DNA from: Collimonas sp.
Lineage (GTDB): Bacteria; Pseudomonadota; Gammaproteobacteria; Burkholderiales; Burkholderiaceae_D
Direction of reading: 5' to 3'
Assembly (NCBI RefSeq): GCF_035566375.1
Contig: NZ_DATMRK010000047.1
Location: forward strand, 123,750 to 187,749
DNA length: 64,000 bases
The position numbers were made by a program, and so were the translations under genes. This document shows, in pieces, positions 19,479 through 28,802 of the stretch (position 1 is its first letter; every line of letters starts with the position of its first letter). The notes under the pieces are model-generated. The model worked only from the letters and a program-made list of their open reading frames with translations. It was not told the origin of the DNA and ran no database searches.

Positions 19479-20408
19479 CTATGGGCAGCTGTTGAAATTT
19501 CGAACAGCTATTTCGGTAGAAAGCATCTGTCGAATTCGGTTATCGGTTGGGACTGGAGGAGTAAACACTGCGCCAAGATCAGAATTGCCAGAAGCTGGGT
19601 ATTGCGCATTGAAATGCTGGAAGGCTGTCGTAGGTGACGCGACGCCGACGGCGTTCGGGCTGCGCGCGACGATCGATACCTTTACACTGAGAATATGGTC
19701 AGAATTGACAACCTTGTTCCACGGAACATACTGATTGACAATACCATCGGCATCGGTATCTTCACCGTACAACAATTGCATACTCTCCACACCTGATACC
19801 AAGGCCATTGGACCAGGATGTGTGGTCCCTACTACCGGCGTTGGATTGCTGGTATTGCAAAAAAGTGTGGGCTCATTGTTGTTGTTGGGATCTTTTGCCA
19901 CATACAACGTATCTTCCACAAGTTGATTTTGCGCCACCGGATAACCCTGGCAATCAAGCATAGCGGCTGTGGCAGCAGTAGAAGAAGCGATAGTGGCCCC
20001 GTTTTTGGTGAATGACTCACCGTAGAAGCGCACTCTCAATACGTCGCTCAAATTAGCAACTGCTACCTGTGTTCCCCCGGTGAAATCTGAGGAAGCCGGA
20101 TTGACCTTTGTCGGATCGTTCAGACCTGACAGTGAACCTAAATTGGCGGACGTCGCCGCGCAAAGGGGAGCAGGCGTAGAACTTCCGACTGCCCATGCAT
20201 TACGGTATCCGGATTTTTTCAATTCCCGGGAAAGCAGATCGAATGAGAAACGCGCCGTTTCGTTAAGTTGCGCTGTGTCCGTTTGCGCCCTTTGCACACC
20301 GTAACCACTCATGTATACCTGAGTCATCGCTAACATAATCACCAAGCCAATCGCAATCGCGATCATTAACTCGATGAGTGACATCCCGCGCTGCATCTTC
20401 ATGCTCAT
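19479..20408 (-). CDS. pilW: Type IV minor pilin PilW
   Basis: QRG|MSLIELMIAIAIGLV, LSRELKKSGY, LVSGVESMQLLYGED and SVKVSIVARS. Confidence 0.88.
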   Translation of the reverse strand: MSMKMQRGMSLIELMIAIAIGLVIMLAMTQVYMSGYGVQRAQTDTAQLNETARFSFDLLSRELKKSGYRNAWAVGSSTPAPLCAATSANLGSLSGLNDPTKVNPASSDFTGGTQVAVANLSDVLRVRFYGESFTKNGATIASSTAATAAMLDCQGYPVAQNQLVEDTLYVAKDPNNNNEPTLFCNTSNPTPVVGTTHPGPMALVSGVESMQLLYGEDTDADGIVNQYVPWNKVVNSDHILSVKVSIVARSPNAVGVASPTTAFQHFNAQYPASGNSDLGAVFTPPVPTDNRIRQMLSTEIAVRNFNSCP

Positions 20409-20980
20409 ATGTTCGTCCACTGACAGAGGAATCCGCTGGTGCTTAAGGCTTGTTGCGACGCCCCAATTCGCGACTCATTCCAGCAAATCTTGATCACGTA
20501 TTGTCCTTTTCCACTGCAATTCCAGGTCGGTGGCGTGGTCGTCGTGTCTGGAGAGTTTCCGACGGGATTATCGTCCCGACATACCGTGCCGGTTCCTTGT
20601 TGCAGGACGGTCGCCAAACCTTGCTGCCACATCCCAAATGCTGTACTGACAAAATCTGTCCGCCCGCACCCGTTTGCCTGTATGCAATTGGTTACAACAC
20701 TTGCCGAAGGACTGGAGAACACAGCATCGGAACCAGATGTTCCCAATGTCGACGGATTCGCCCGCAACGTTTCCGCCATCGCGTAGGCCTGCTCCGCTGC
20801 GATAGTCCTGTAATTCGAAGACGACCCAAGCTTGAGGCCATTCATGAAAACCCCCAGCATGCTGAACATGCCGAGTGAAATAACGACAATTGTTACGAGC
20901 ACCTCAATTAGCGAGAGGCCGTAATTTTTAATGTTGATATAGGGTCTGGTCTTCATTGGCTTACTCACATTTACGGGCAT
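20405..20980 (-). CDS. pilV: Type IV minor pilin PilV (alternative start 20956)
   Basis: YG|LSLIEVLVTIVVISLGM, AYAMAETLRANP and YVIKICWNE. Confidence 0.88.
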   Translation of the reverse strand: MPVNVSKPMKTRPYINIKNYGLSLIEVLVTIVVISLGMFSMLGVFMNGLKLGSSSNYRTIAAEQAYAMAETLRANPSTLGTSGSDAVFSSPSASVVTNCIQANGCGRTDFVSTAFGMWQQGLATVLQQGTGTVCRDDNPVGNSPDTTTTPPTWNCSGKGQYVIKICWNESRIGASQQALSTSGFLCQWTNI

Positions 20981-21528
20981 GTTGACACCCTGGTCACCAA
21001 AGGTCTTCCGCTGGCACCTATCGCAATTTGCCGTCCGTTTTTCGACGACGCGGATGACGGAGGACAGAGCAAAAAATTACCCGACGTCCCTAATGGCATC
21101 AGCCCGCCATAGGGATTAAATGTGATGGGCGCCACACCACCGAAACCGCTGGCGGTCACTGCAGTGCTGCCGGACAGTGCAGGCGTATACTTGAGTACCA
21201 CTTCCCCAGCATCCAGGACACCGTTGCGATTTGCATCGACAAATACGACACGACCTTGCGGCCATGTGGTGACAGTATTAGTGCAACTGGTGCCGTCGGT
21301 GCTTGGGCAGATGACGACCCATTGCCCGCGTGCACCAGCCTCACTGCGCGCAAGTCGCGCATCTGCCACCAAATCATTTGCTTGCGAAGTTAATCTGTTG
21401 CTACTAATGAAGGACACAAGATTCGGTGCAGCGATAGCTGCGAGGATAGCGGCTATTGTTATCGTGACGATTAACTCCAGGAGAGTGAACCCTGTAACAT
21501 ATCTTCGTAAAATTAATTTATTTGTCAT
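20971..21528 (-). CDS. fimT: GspH/FimT family minor pilin
   Basis: TG|FTLLELIVTITIAAILAAIAAP, ARLARSEA, VVICPS, VFVDANRNG. Confidence 0.88.
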   Translation of the reverse strand: MTNKLILRRYVTGFTLLELIVTITIAAILAAIAAPNLVSFISSNRLTSQANDLVADARLARSEAGARGQWVVICPSTDGTSCTNTVTTWPQGRVVFVDANRNGVLDAGEVVLKYTPALSGSTAVTASGFGGVAPITFNPYGGLMPLGTSGNFLLCPPSSASSKNGRQIAIGASGRPLVTRVSTCP

Positions 21529-22210
21529 TTTGCAAGAGGCATCAGATGCGTAAAAAGGTTACCCCGCAAGGCAAACCGAAATAAATTAAAAATTTGACAT
21601 ACAGAAAAATTGGAGCAACATAAATTTCCATATTGCTATAGCTGCCTTCATGGAAAAGCGCCGCAACTTCAGTCGGCCGAACTCAACATCTGTTGCACAT
21701 GGAATTTTCTTTATTAATGCACCTATCGCTTCAAAGTAACCGCTTGCAAGGCTCAGATTCGAAGACGTGACCCTATTACCCGAATAACATTAACAGTGCT
21801 CTTTTTCCATTTGGTATCGATACTTATTTCACATTATTTTCCACAGTGAAATTCTTCCGATATTATAGGCAAGGCGTTTCCACAAGGTAACCATTTTGGA
21901 TCCCGTCCATCGTCGCGGATATACCGCTTATCCATTTTCAATTTCCAACTTAGCAAGTTTAATTAGCAAGGCCAGCTATTGATTCATAAGGGCTTAAAAC
22001 ACAATACGTCTGGCTGAATGGCAAATGCTATAATCCGCGCTGCCCGCGATGGGCCGAGAGTCATGCGGAATACGGCTCAGCACTGCAGCCACAAACGCAT
22101 GACGCTTCCGCGAGCCGACAATTATTGGCCGCCTTGTACCATCCGTATATACAGTCCTTGCTCAACTTCATGCATAGAAACTGCATGGTTTTCATCTAAT
22201 GGAGTTTGTT

Positions 22211-22561
22211 ATGTCGGTAACAACCCGTCTATTACGCCTGTTAACGATCTTTCTGTTTGCAACCCTTACATTCTCCGCAATGGCAATCGACCGCGATTTC
22301 CCCGCCTCGACCCTGCGCGGCAAATTGATCGTCACCGACTATCCGAACGTCACGATCAACGGCAACGCGCTGCGGCTGTCGCCGGGCTCGCGGATCTGGA
22401 ATACCCAGCAACTGACCCAGACTCCCAACTCGCTGGGCAGCGATACTTATGTGGTGAATTACACCTTGAATGTCCAGGGCGATATCGACCGCGTCTGGAT
22501 CCTGACTTCCGACGAAGTCGGCCAGAAAGTCGATGCGCAGCGCAATAGCCTGAAACGGTAG
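22211..22561 (+). CDS. Conserved hypothetical secreted protein upstream of miaB
   Basis: Sec signal (…TFSAMA|IDR), [11 protein letters not shown] motif; stop is 14 nt before miaB. Confidence 0.7.
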   Translation: MSVTTRLLRLLTIFLFATLTFSAMAIDRDFPASTLRGKLIVTDYPNVTINGNALRLSPGSRIWNTQQLTQTPNSLGSDTYVVNYTLNVQGDIDRVWILTSDEVGQKVDAQRNSLKR

Positions 22562-22574
22562 TGAAGAAGCAGTC

Positions 22575-23927
22575 ATGGAAAAAACGATGCAAAAGAAAGT
22601 ATTCATCAAGACCTTCGGTTGTCAGATGAACGAGTACGACTCGGACAAGATGGCCGATGTCTTGAACGCCTCCGATGGCTTGATCAAGACCGATCGCCCG
22701 GAAGACGCCGACGTGATTCTGTTGAATACCTGTTCGGTGCGCGAAAAGGCGCAGGAAAAAGTGTTTTCCGATCTGGGCCGCCTGCGTGAACTGAAGCGCA
22801 ACAATCCCGATCTGTTGATCGGCGTTGGCGGTTGCGTGGCTTCGCAAGAAGGTGCGGCGATCGTCAAGCGGGCGCCGTATGTCGACATGGTATTCGGCCC
22901 GCAAACCCTGCACCGCTTGCCGGAGATGATCAGCCAGCGGCGCGCCACCGGCCATTCACAGGTCGACATCAGTTTTCCTGAAATCGAGAAATTCGATCAC
23001 ATGCCGCCGGCCAAGGTCGACGGTGTGACCGCATTCGTCTCGATCATGGAAGGTTGCAGCAAATATTGCAGCTACTGCGTGGTGCCTTACACCCGCGGCG
23101 AAGAAGTCTCGCGCCGCTTTGAAGATGTGCTGACCGAAGTGGCGGGACTGGCCGAGCAAGGCGTCAAGGAAATCACCTTGCTGGGGCAAAACGTCAACGC
23201 CTTCCGCGGCGCCATGGCGGATGGCGAAATCGCCGACTTTGCCTTGCTGATCGAGTACATCGCCGAGATCCCCGGCATCGAACGGATTCGTTTTGTCACC
23301 AGCCATCCGAAAGAATTCACGCAACGTTTGATCGACACCTACGCCAAGGTGCCAAAGCTGGTCGATCATTTATACCTGCCGGCGCAGCACGGTTCGGACC
23401 GCATTTTGTCAGCCATGAAACGCGGTTATACCGTGCTGGAATACAAATCGGTGATCCGGCGCTTGCGCCAGGTGCGTCCCAACATCACCATTTCGAGCGA
23501 CTTCATCGTCGGCTTTCCAGGCGAGACCGATGCCGATTTCGAAGCGCTGATGAAACTGATTACCGACATCGGTTACGACAACAGCTTCAGTTTCATCTTC
23601 AGCCCGCGCCCGGGAACGCCGGCGGCCAATCTGCAAGACGACACGCCGCATGAAGTCAAGCTGAAGCGCTTGCAGCAGTTGCAAGCGGTGGTGGAAGAAA
23701 ATATCGGCAAGATCAGCGCTGCCATGGTCGGCACCGTGCAGCGCATCCTGGTCGAAGGTCCGTCCAAGAAAAATCCGGCCGAATTCCAAGGCCGGAGCGA
23801 GAACAACCGAGTGGTCAACTTCGCCGCCGGCCCAAACGGTGCGCGCCTGATCGGCCAATTGATAGACGTCAAGATTACCGAGACCTACACCTATACTTTG
23901 CGTGGCGAAATCGCACTGGCAGAATAA
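22575..23927 (+). CDS. miaB: tRNA-2-methylthio-N6-dimethylallyladenosine synthase
   Basis: [21 protein letters not shown], radical [11 protein letters not shown] and C-terminal TRAM domain. Confidence 0.97.
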   Translation: MEKTMQKKVFIKTFGCQMNEYDSDKMADVLNASDGLIKTDRPEDADVILLNTCSVREKAQEKVFSDLGRLRELKRNNPDLLIGVGGCVASQEGAAIVKRAPYVDMVFGPQTLHRLPEMISQRRATGHSQVDISFPEIEKFDHMPPAKVDGVTAFVSIMEGCSKYCSYCVVPYTRGEEVSRRFEDVLTEVAGLAEQGVKEITLLGQNVNAFRGAMADGEIADFALLIEYIAEIPGIERIRFVTSHPKEFTQRLIDTYAKVPKLVDHLYLPAQHGSDRILSAMKRGYTVLEYKSVIRRLRQVRPNITISSDFIVGFPGETDADFEALMKLITDIGYDNSFSFIFSPRPGTPAANLQDDTPHEVKLKRLQQLQAVVEENIGKISAAMVGTVQRILVEGPSKKNPAEFQGRSENNRVVNFAAGPNGARLIGQLIDVKITETYTYTLRGEIALAE

Positions 23928-23966
23928 CGCTCACCAACCGCTCAAACAAGATAAACAAACCACAGC

Positions 23967-25133
23967 TTGAAAACTAAAACTCCTACCCAGCCGCACTACT
24001 TCATTCCCGAGCCTCTAGACAATACGCGGCTGGCGCATCTGTGCGGCCCGCTGGATGAAAACCTGCGGCAGATTTCTGCTGCACTGGATGTGTCGCTATT
24101 CCGCCGTGGCGACAGATTTATCGCCGCCGGCAGCAATGCCGAACGCGCCGTAGAAATACTCGATCAGTTTTATGCCATCGCCAATAAAGTGATTTCGGTG
24201 GATGAAATCCAGCTGGCTCTAGTCGAGCAAAGGGCCAGGCTAGGCTTGGGAAAGAAAACAAAAACCAGCAAAAGCAACGGTAAGGTCGACGGCGAAAGCG
24301 GCGATGAAACGGGGATCGATCCAGCCGACGCCGAGCTGACCGAGAGCGATATCGAAAGCCCGGTCCTGAAAACCCGGCGTAGCGATCTGCGCGGCCGCAC
24401 TCCGCATCAAAGCCAATATATCCGCTCGATTCTGGAACACGACGTGACGCTAGGCATCGGTCCGGCCGGCACCGGCAAGACCTACCTGGCAGTCGCCTGC
24501 GCGGTTGACGCGCTGGAACGCGATGCGGTCAAGCGCATCGTGCTGACGCGGCCGGCGGTTGAAGCTGGCGAGCGCCTGGGTTTCCTGCCCGGCGATCTGG
24601 CGCAAAAAGTCGATCCCTATCTGCGCCCTCTGTATGACGCGCTGTATGACTTGCTAGGCTTTGACCGCACCCAGAAAATGTTTGAAAAGCAGGCGATCGA
24701 AATCGCGCCGCTGGCGTATATGCGCGGCCGCACGCTGAACCACGCTTTCATCATTTTGGACGAAGCGCAAAACACCACGCCGGAACAGATGAAAATGTTC
24801 CTGACCCGGATCGGCTTCGGCAGCAAAGCCGTAGTCACCGGCGACGTCACCCAGATCGACCTGCAACGCGGCCAGAAGAGCGGCTTGATCGACGCCGTGA
24901 ATATCCTGAAAGATGTGCGCGGCATCGCCTTCACCCGCTTCAACAGCAGCGACGTGGTGCGTCACCCCCTGGTAGCGCGCATTGTCGACGCCTACGAAAC
25001 CGCATTGCAAGCGGCGCCGGTCGCATCCACGCATGGCGTGATCGAAGCCGCCACGCCGCCAGCCGCTGCCGCCATGCCAGTGCCAACCGGAATTACCAAA
25101 ACCGCTCGCAGCCGCCATGCCGCCAAAAAATAA
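23967..25133 (+). CDS. PhoH family ATPase (YbeZ), TTG start
   Basis: [37 protein letters not shown] and DEAQN. Confidence 0.95.
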   Translation: MKTKTPTQPHYFIPEPLDNTRLAHLCGPLDENLRQISAALDVSLFRRGDRFIAAGSNAERAVEILDQFYAIANKVISVDEIQLALVEQRARLGLGKKTKTSKSNGKVDGESGDETGIDPADAELTESDIESPVLKTRRSDLRGRTPHQSQYIRSILEHDVTLGIGPAGTGKTYLAVACAVDALERDAVKRIVLTRPAVEAGERLGFLPGDLAQKVDPYLRPLYDALYDLLGFDRTQKMFEKQAIEIAPLAYMRGRTLNHAFIILDEAQNTTPEQMKMFLTRIGFGSKAVVTGDVTQIDLQRGQKSGLIDAVNILKDVRGIAFTRFNSSDVVRHPLVARIVDAYETALQAAPVASTHGVIEAATPPAAAAMPVPTGITKTARSRHAAKK

Positions 25134-25596
25134 ACTTTCCTTATCAGTGCAATATCCCGATGCACGCCTGCAAGACAGTGTGCCGCGCCCACAATTGCGA
25201 CGCTGGGTGCAGGCGGCTTTGCTGGCGCCGGCGGAACTGACGATTCGTTTTGTCGACGCCGACGAAGGCCGCGCCCTGAACCGCGACTATCGCGGCAAGG
25301 ATTACGCCACCAATGTGCTGACCTTTGCTTACTCTGAAGACGAGGCTGAAGAAGATGACGGCGTAGAAGGTGGCGTGACCCAAGCCGACATCATCCTCTG
25401 CACCGACGTCTTGCAACGCGAGGCTGGGGAACAGGGCAAGAGCGTGGTGGAACATGCCGCGCATCTGGTGGTGCACGGGGTCCTGCATGCACAAGGTTAT
25501 GACCATGAAGACGATGAAGAAGCGACCGAAATGGAAAGCCTGGAAATAGAAATATTAGGCAAGCTCGGCTGGCCCAATCCCTACGCCGATCGATAA
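25117..25596 (+). CDS. ybeY: rRNA maturation RNase YbeY
   Basis: [17 protein letters not shown] and [11 protein letters not shown]. Confidence 0.95.
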   Translation: MPPKNKLSLSVQYPDARLQDSVPRPQLRRWVQAALLAPAELTIRFVDADEGRALNRDYRGKDYATNVLTFAYSEDEAEEDDGVEGGVTQADIILCTDVLQREAGEQGKSVVEHAAHLVVHGVLHAQGYDHEDDEEATEMESLEIEILGKLGWPNPYADR

Positions 25597-25612
25597 TTTC
25601 TCGCCTCCAATG

Positions 25613-25643
25613 AAACGCCGCCTCTGCGGCGTTTTTCTTTTTT
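25613..25643 (+). terminator. Intrinsic terminator after ybeY
   Basis: AAACGCCGC-CTCT-GCGGCGTTT followed by a T-rich tail. Confidence 0.7.
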
Positions 25644-25831
25644 GCAATCAATATTTGATATTAAGCGCTTAAAAATCAAAGACTTGCAGTAAAAACATTG
25701 CCACAAAAATATTACATTTCTCCTCTTATCTTTTTAATTAATAAGATTATGATGAAAGTCATGTAATGAACTGCTTTGGTCTGCGACTAAGCCATATGAA
25801 AAATATCATTGCATAGCAATCGGAGACAATC

Positions 25832-25912
25832 GTGAAACGACTCATGCTACCCCTTATGCTGCCCGTTATGCTGCTCGGATTGACCGCCCTTCCCTTTACA
25901 CAGGCGGCCTAA
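25832..25912 (+). CDS. 26-aa Met-rich, signal-peptide-like small ORF (MKRLMLPLMLPVMLLGLTALPFTQAA)
   Basis: GGAG RBS at 25822-25825, GTG 25832; the TAA at 25910-25912 directly abuts the next ATG in the same frame. Confidence 0.45.
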   Translation: MKRLMLPLMLPVMLLGLTALPFTQAA

Positions 25913-26518
25913 ATGTCATCCTCTACACTCAAAAAGCCTATCGTTCACCCGATCTGGCTGCGCGTCACCCACTGGCTCAACGCGCTGGCCGTGATCATCA
26001 TGATCCTGAGCGGCTGGCGCATCTATAACGCATCGCCGATTTTCCCGTTTCACATTCCCAACCAATGGACCCTGGGCGGCTGGCTCGGCGGCGCCCTGCA
26101 ATGGCATTTTGCGGCGATGTGGCTGCTGTTCTTCAACGGCCTGGTATATCTGCTGATGAATACCGCCAGCGGCCGCCTGTGGAAAAAATTCTTGCCGCTG
26201 CGTCCGGTCGAAGTGGTTCAGGACTTGATCAAGGCGCTGCGCGGCAAGCTGCAGCACGATCAGCTCGACCATTACAACGCGGTACAAAAGCTGGCATATG
26301 TGTCGGTCATCCTGGATTTGATCCTGCTGGTGATCTCCGGCCTGGCGATCTGGAAATCGGTGCAGTTTCCAATTTTGCGCGAACTTATGGGCGGCTTCGA
26401 CAGCGCCAGGATCGTGCATTTCTTTGCGATGAGCTTTCTGGTCGCATTTATCGTGGTGCACATCGTCATGGTGGCACTGGTCCCACGCACACTGCTAGCC
26501 ATGCTGCGCGGCCGCTAA
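25913..26518 (+). CDS. Di-heme cytochrome b/b6-domain membrane subunit (MsrQ-like role)
   Basis: Four TM helices with His in VTHWLN, QWHFAA, IVHFFA and VVHIVM; YNAVQKLAY. Confidence 0.85.
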   Translation: MSSSTLKKPIVHPIWLRVTHWLNALAVIIMILSGWRIYNASPIFPFHIPNQWTLGGWLGGALQWHFAAMWLLFFNGLVYLLMNTASGRLWKKFLPLRPVEVVQDLIKALRGKLQHDQLDHYNAVQKLAYVSVILDLILLVISGLAIWKSVQFPILRELMGGFDSARIVHFFAMSFLVAFIVVHIVMVALVPRTLLAMLRGR

Positions 26519-26535
26519 GGGGAATGGAGATGATC

Positions 26536-27309
26536 ATGTTCAAGAAAAATCTTCACTCGACGCTCGACACCGACGCCATATTGAAAGACGCACGGCGCGA
26601 GCTGGCAATGCCATCGCGCCGCCTGTTCGCCAAGCGCGCACTTACCTTGGGCGGCCTGTCGCTGCTGACCGGCTGCAACATCACCGACGAGCCCTCCGTC
26701 AACCGCATGCTGGAGCGCATCTCACGCATGAATGACGGCGTGCAAGGATGGCTGTTCGATCCGCAGAGACTGGCGCCGACTTACACCCAAGCCGAAATGA
26801 CCCGTCCATTTCCGTTCAATGCGTTCTACAGCGTCGATGAAGTGCCGGAAATCGACGAGGCCGACTACCAGCTGGAAATAAGCGGACTGGTCAGCAACAA
26901 ACGCCCCTGGACGCTGGCGCAATTGCACAAATTGCCGCAGAACGAGCAAATCACCCGCCACATTTGCGTCGAAGGCTGGAGCGCCATCGGCCGTTGGGGC
27001 GGCGTCCCGTTTTCTTATTTTCTCAAGCAGATCGGCGCCGACCTGAGCGCTAAATATGTCGACTTTCAATGCGGCGACGATTATCACACCAGCATCGACA
27101 TGGCGACCGCATTGCATCCGCAAACCCAGCTGAGCCTGACCTACGACGGCCAGATCCTGCCGGCGAAATACGGTTTCCCTATGAAATTGCGGATGCCGAC
27201 CAAACTCGGCTACAAGAATCCGAAACACATCATGTCGATCGAAGTAACGAATAAATACCCAGGCGGTTATTGGGAAGACCAGGGCTATAACTGGTTCGGC
27301 GGCTCGTAG
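26536..27309 (+). CDS. Molybdopterin-dependent oxidoreductase (sulfite oxidase/MsrP superfamily), Tat lipoprotein
   Basis: SRRLF…LLTGC (Tat + lipobox), Mo-ligand Cys in HICVEGWSAIGRWGG, GFPMKLRMPTKLGYKNPK. Start taken after the GGAG at 26526. Confidence 0.88.
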   Translation: MFKKNLHSTLDTDAILKDARRELAMPSRRLFAKRALTLGGLSLLTGCNITDEPSVNRMLERISRMNDGVQGWLFDPQRLAPTYTQAEMTRPFPFNAFYSVDEVPEIDEADYQLEISGLVSNKRPWTLAQLHKLPQNEQITRHICVEGWSAIGRWGGVPFSYFLKQIGADLSAKYVDFQCGDDYHTSIDMATALHPQTQLSLTYDGQILPAKYGFPMKLRMPTKLGYKNPKHIMSIEVTNKYPGGYWEDQGYNWFGGS

Positions 27310-27373
27310 GTGCTGATCCTGCAACCGTTTCTGTTTTTTTTGGCGCTTTTGCCACTTTTACTTGGAGACTCAA

Positions 27374-27679
27374 ATGAAGAAAAACCTCACAACTCTGTTG
27401 GTTACCTGCCTGATGATGACTGCTGGCGGGGTCTATGCGCAAGATACGATGTCGAAGGACGCTGCGTCTAAGACTACGATGGCCAAAGACGAAATGACGA
27501 AAGATAAAGATGCCATGGGCAAGGACGGCATGGACAAACCCGGTATGGCTAAAGACCATATGAAAAAGAAAATGCACACCAAAAAAGATGCGATGAAAAA
27601 AGATGAGATGGGCAAGGACGCCATGGACAAAGATGGCATGGGCAAAGATGGCATGGGTAAAGATGAAATGAAGAAATAA
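27374..27679 (+). CDS. Pentapeptide MXKDX repeat protein (periplasmic, Met-rich)
   Basis: Signal peptide to VYA|QD, then repeats such as MSKDA, MAKDE, MGKDG; 17 Met in 101 aa. Confidence 0.9.
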   Translation: MKKNLTTLLVTCLMMTAGGVYAQDTMSKDAASKTTMAKDEMTKDKDAMGKDGMDKPGMAKDHMKKKMHTKKDAMKKDEMGKDAMDKDGMGKDGMGKDEMKK

Positions 27680-27700
27680 TTAGCGTTTTTGCATTGCCAC

Positions 27701-27734
27701 GGATAATGCCTGCGGGCATTATCCTTTTTTTTTG
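27701..27734 (+). terminator. Intrinsic terminator after the MXKDX gene
   Basis: GGATAATGCC-TGCG-GGCATTATCC followed by a run of T. Confidence 0.8.
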
Positions 27735-27857
27735 TGCAAGAAAATCGCCTGCCAGGATCACAAAATGTCCTTGCCGGCACATGCGTTTCGTCGTCCTGTC
27801 ACATATTTGTTGTATGCTATTGCTTCCCAAACAATGTGAAACCAAGGCTAACGCCAT

Positions 27858-28733
27858 ATGCCAGAGCACCCTAGTAGCGTCAAATCATTTGACGCTAAAC
27901 CCCACCGGTCGTTATTTGAACGCCTGACCGCACTGATTTCTCCCGAACCTGAAAATCGCGCTGAACTGCTCGATGTGCTGCAAGATGCACACGAACGCAA
28001 CCTGATCGACGCCGACGCTTTGTCGATGATCGAAGGCGTGTTCCAGGTCTCTGATCTTTCCGCCCGCGACATCATGATCCCGCGTTCGCAAATGGATATG
28101 ATCGACGTCACCAAACCGATCGAAGACTGGATGCCGGAAGTCCTGTCGACCGCTCACTCGCGTTTCCCTGCCGTCGACGGCGAGCGCGACAAGGTGATCG
28201 GCATCCTGCTGGCGAAAGACTTGCTGCGCTACTACGCCGAAGATTCTTTCGATGTGCGCGACATGTTGCGGCCGGCGGTTTTTATCCCCGAATCGAAACG
28301 CCTCAACGTCTTGCTGCGCGATTTTCGCGCCAACCGCAACCACATGGCGATCGTGGTCGATGAATACGGCGGCGTCGCCGGCCTGATCACGATTGAAGAC
28401 GTGCTGGAACAGATCGTCGGCGATATCGAGGACGAGTACGACTTCGATGAAGAAGAAGACAATATCCTCGCCATCCGCGACGGCGACCACGGCGGCCGCT
28501 GGCGGGTCAAGGCGCTGACCGAGATCGAACAATTCAACGAAACGCTTGAAACCGCGCTGGTCGACGAAGATGTCGATACGATTGGCGGCCTGGTCGCCAA
28601 TCATCTGGGACGCGTGCCGCGCAAAGGCGACGAATTCACGATAGACAATGTGCGGTTTGAAGTGCTACGCGCCGATGCCCGTCAGGTGCACGTCTTGCTG
28701 GTCGAAAAATTGCCGCAATCGGCTCAGGAATAA
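27858..28733 (+). CDS. corC: HlyC/CorC family CBS-domain Mg/Co transport protein
   Basis: AHSRFPAV, GILLAKDLL, VVDEYGGVAGLITIEDVLEQIVGDIEDEYD and a C-terminal CorC domain. Confidence 0.93.
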   Translation: MPEHPSSVKSFDAKPHRSLFERLTALISPEPENRAELLDVLQDAHERNLIDADALSMIEGVFQVSDLSARDIMIPRSQMDMIDVTKPIEDWMPEVLSTAHSRFPAVDGERDKVIGILLAKDLLRYYAEDSFDVRDMLRPAVFIPESKRLNVLLRDFRANRNHMAIVVDEYGGVAGLITIEDVLEQIVGDIEDEYDFDEEEDNILAIRDGDHGGRWRVKALTEIEQFNETLETALVDEDVDTIGGLVANHLGRVPRKGDEFTIDNVRFEVLRADARQVHVLLVEKLPQSAQE

Positions 28734-28802
28734 TCCTGAAAGGTCGGCCCGGCGCAATGCTGTTCCGACCCGCCCTATCTAAGAACAAGATCAACGCTGC
28801 CC

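Noticed and set aside
21555-21595. GGTTACCCCGCAAGGCAAACCGAAA as a c-di-GMP-I riboswitch upstream of the pilin cassette
   Set aside because: The elements are in the wrong order and strand for fimT, and the P2 pairing and GACGCAAAGC core are absent.
9690-22200. attR duplication of the tRNA-Met 3' end
   Set aside because: No second copy of CCACCTATCACCACCA was found by eye and no integrase gene is present.
22018-22548. 176-aa plus-strand ORF
   Set aside because: It overlaps the signal-peptide-bearing 22211-22561 gene out of frame and has no recognisable motif.
25762-25787. GTAATG-N15-CGAC as an ECF sigmaF-type promoter for the Msr-like module
   Set aside because: Mismatches in both boxes and in spacing against the recalled GTAACC-N16-CGAA; too weak without TSS data.
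26065-26535. 414-aa ORF-track start for the molybdoenzyme
   Set aside because: The first ~157 codons overlap the cytochrome b gene in another frame; the RBS and Tat signal support a start at 26530-26536.
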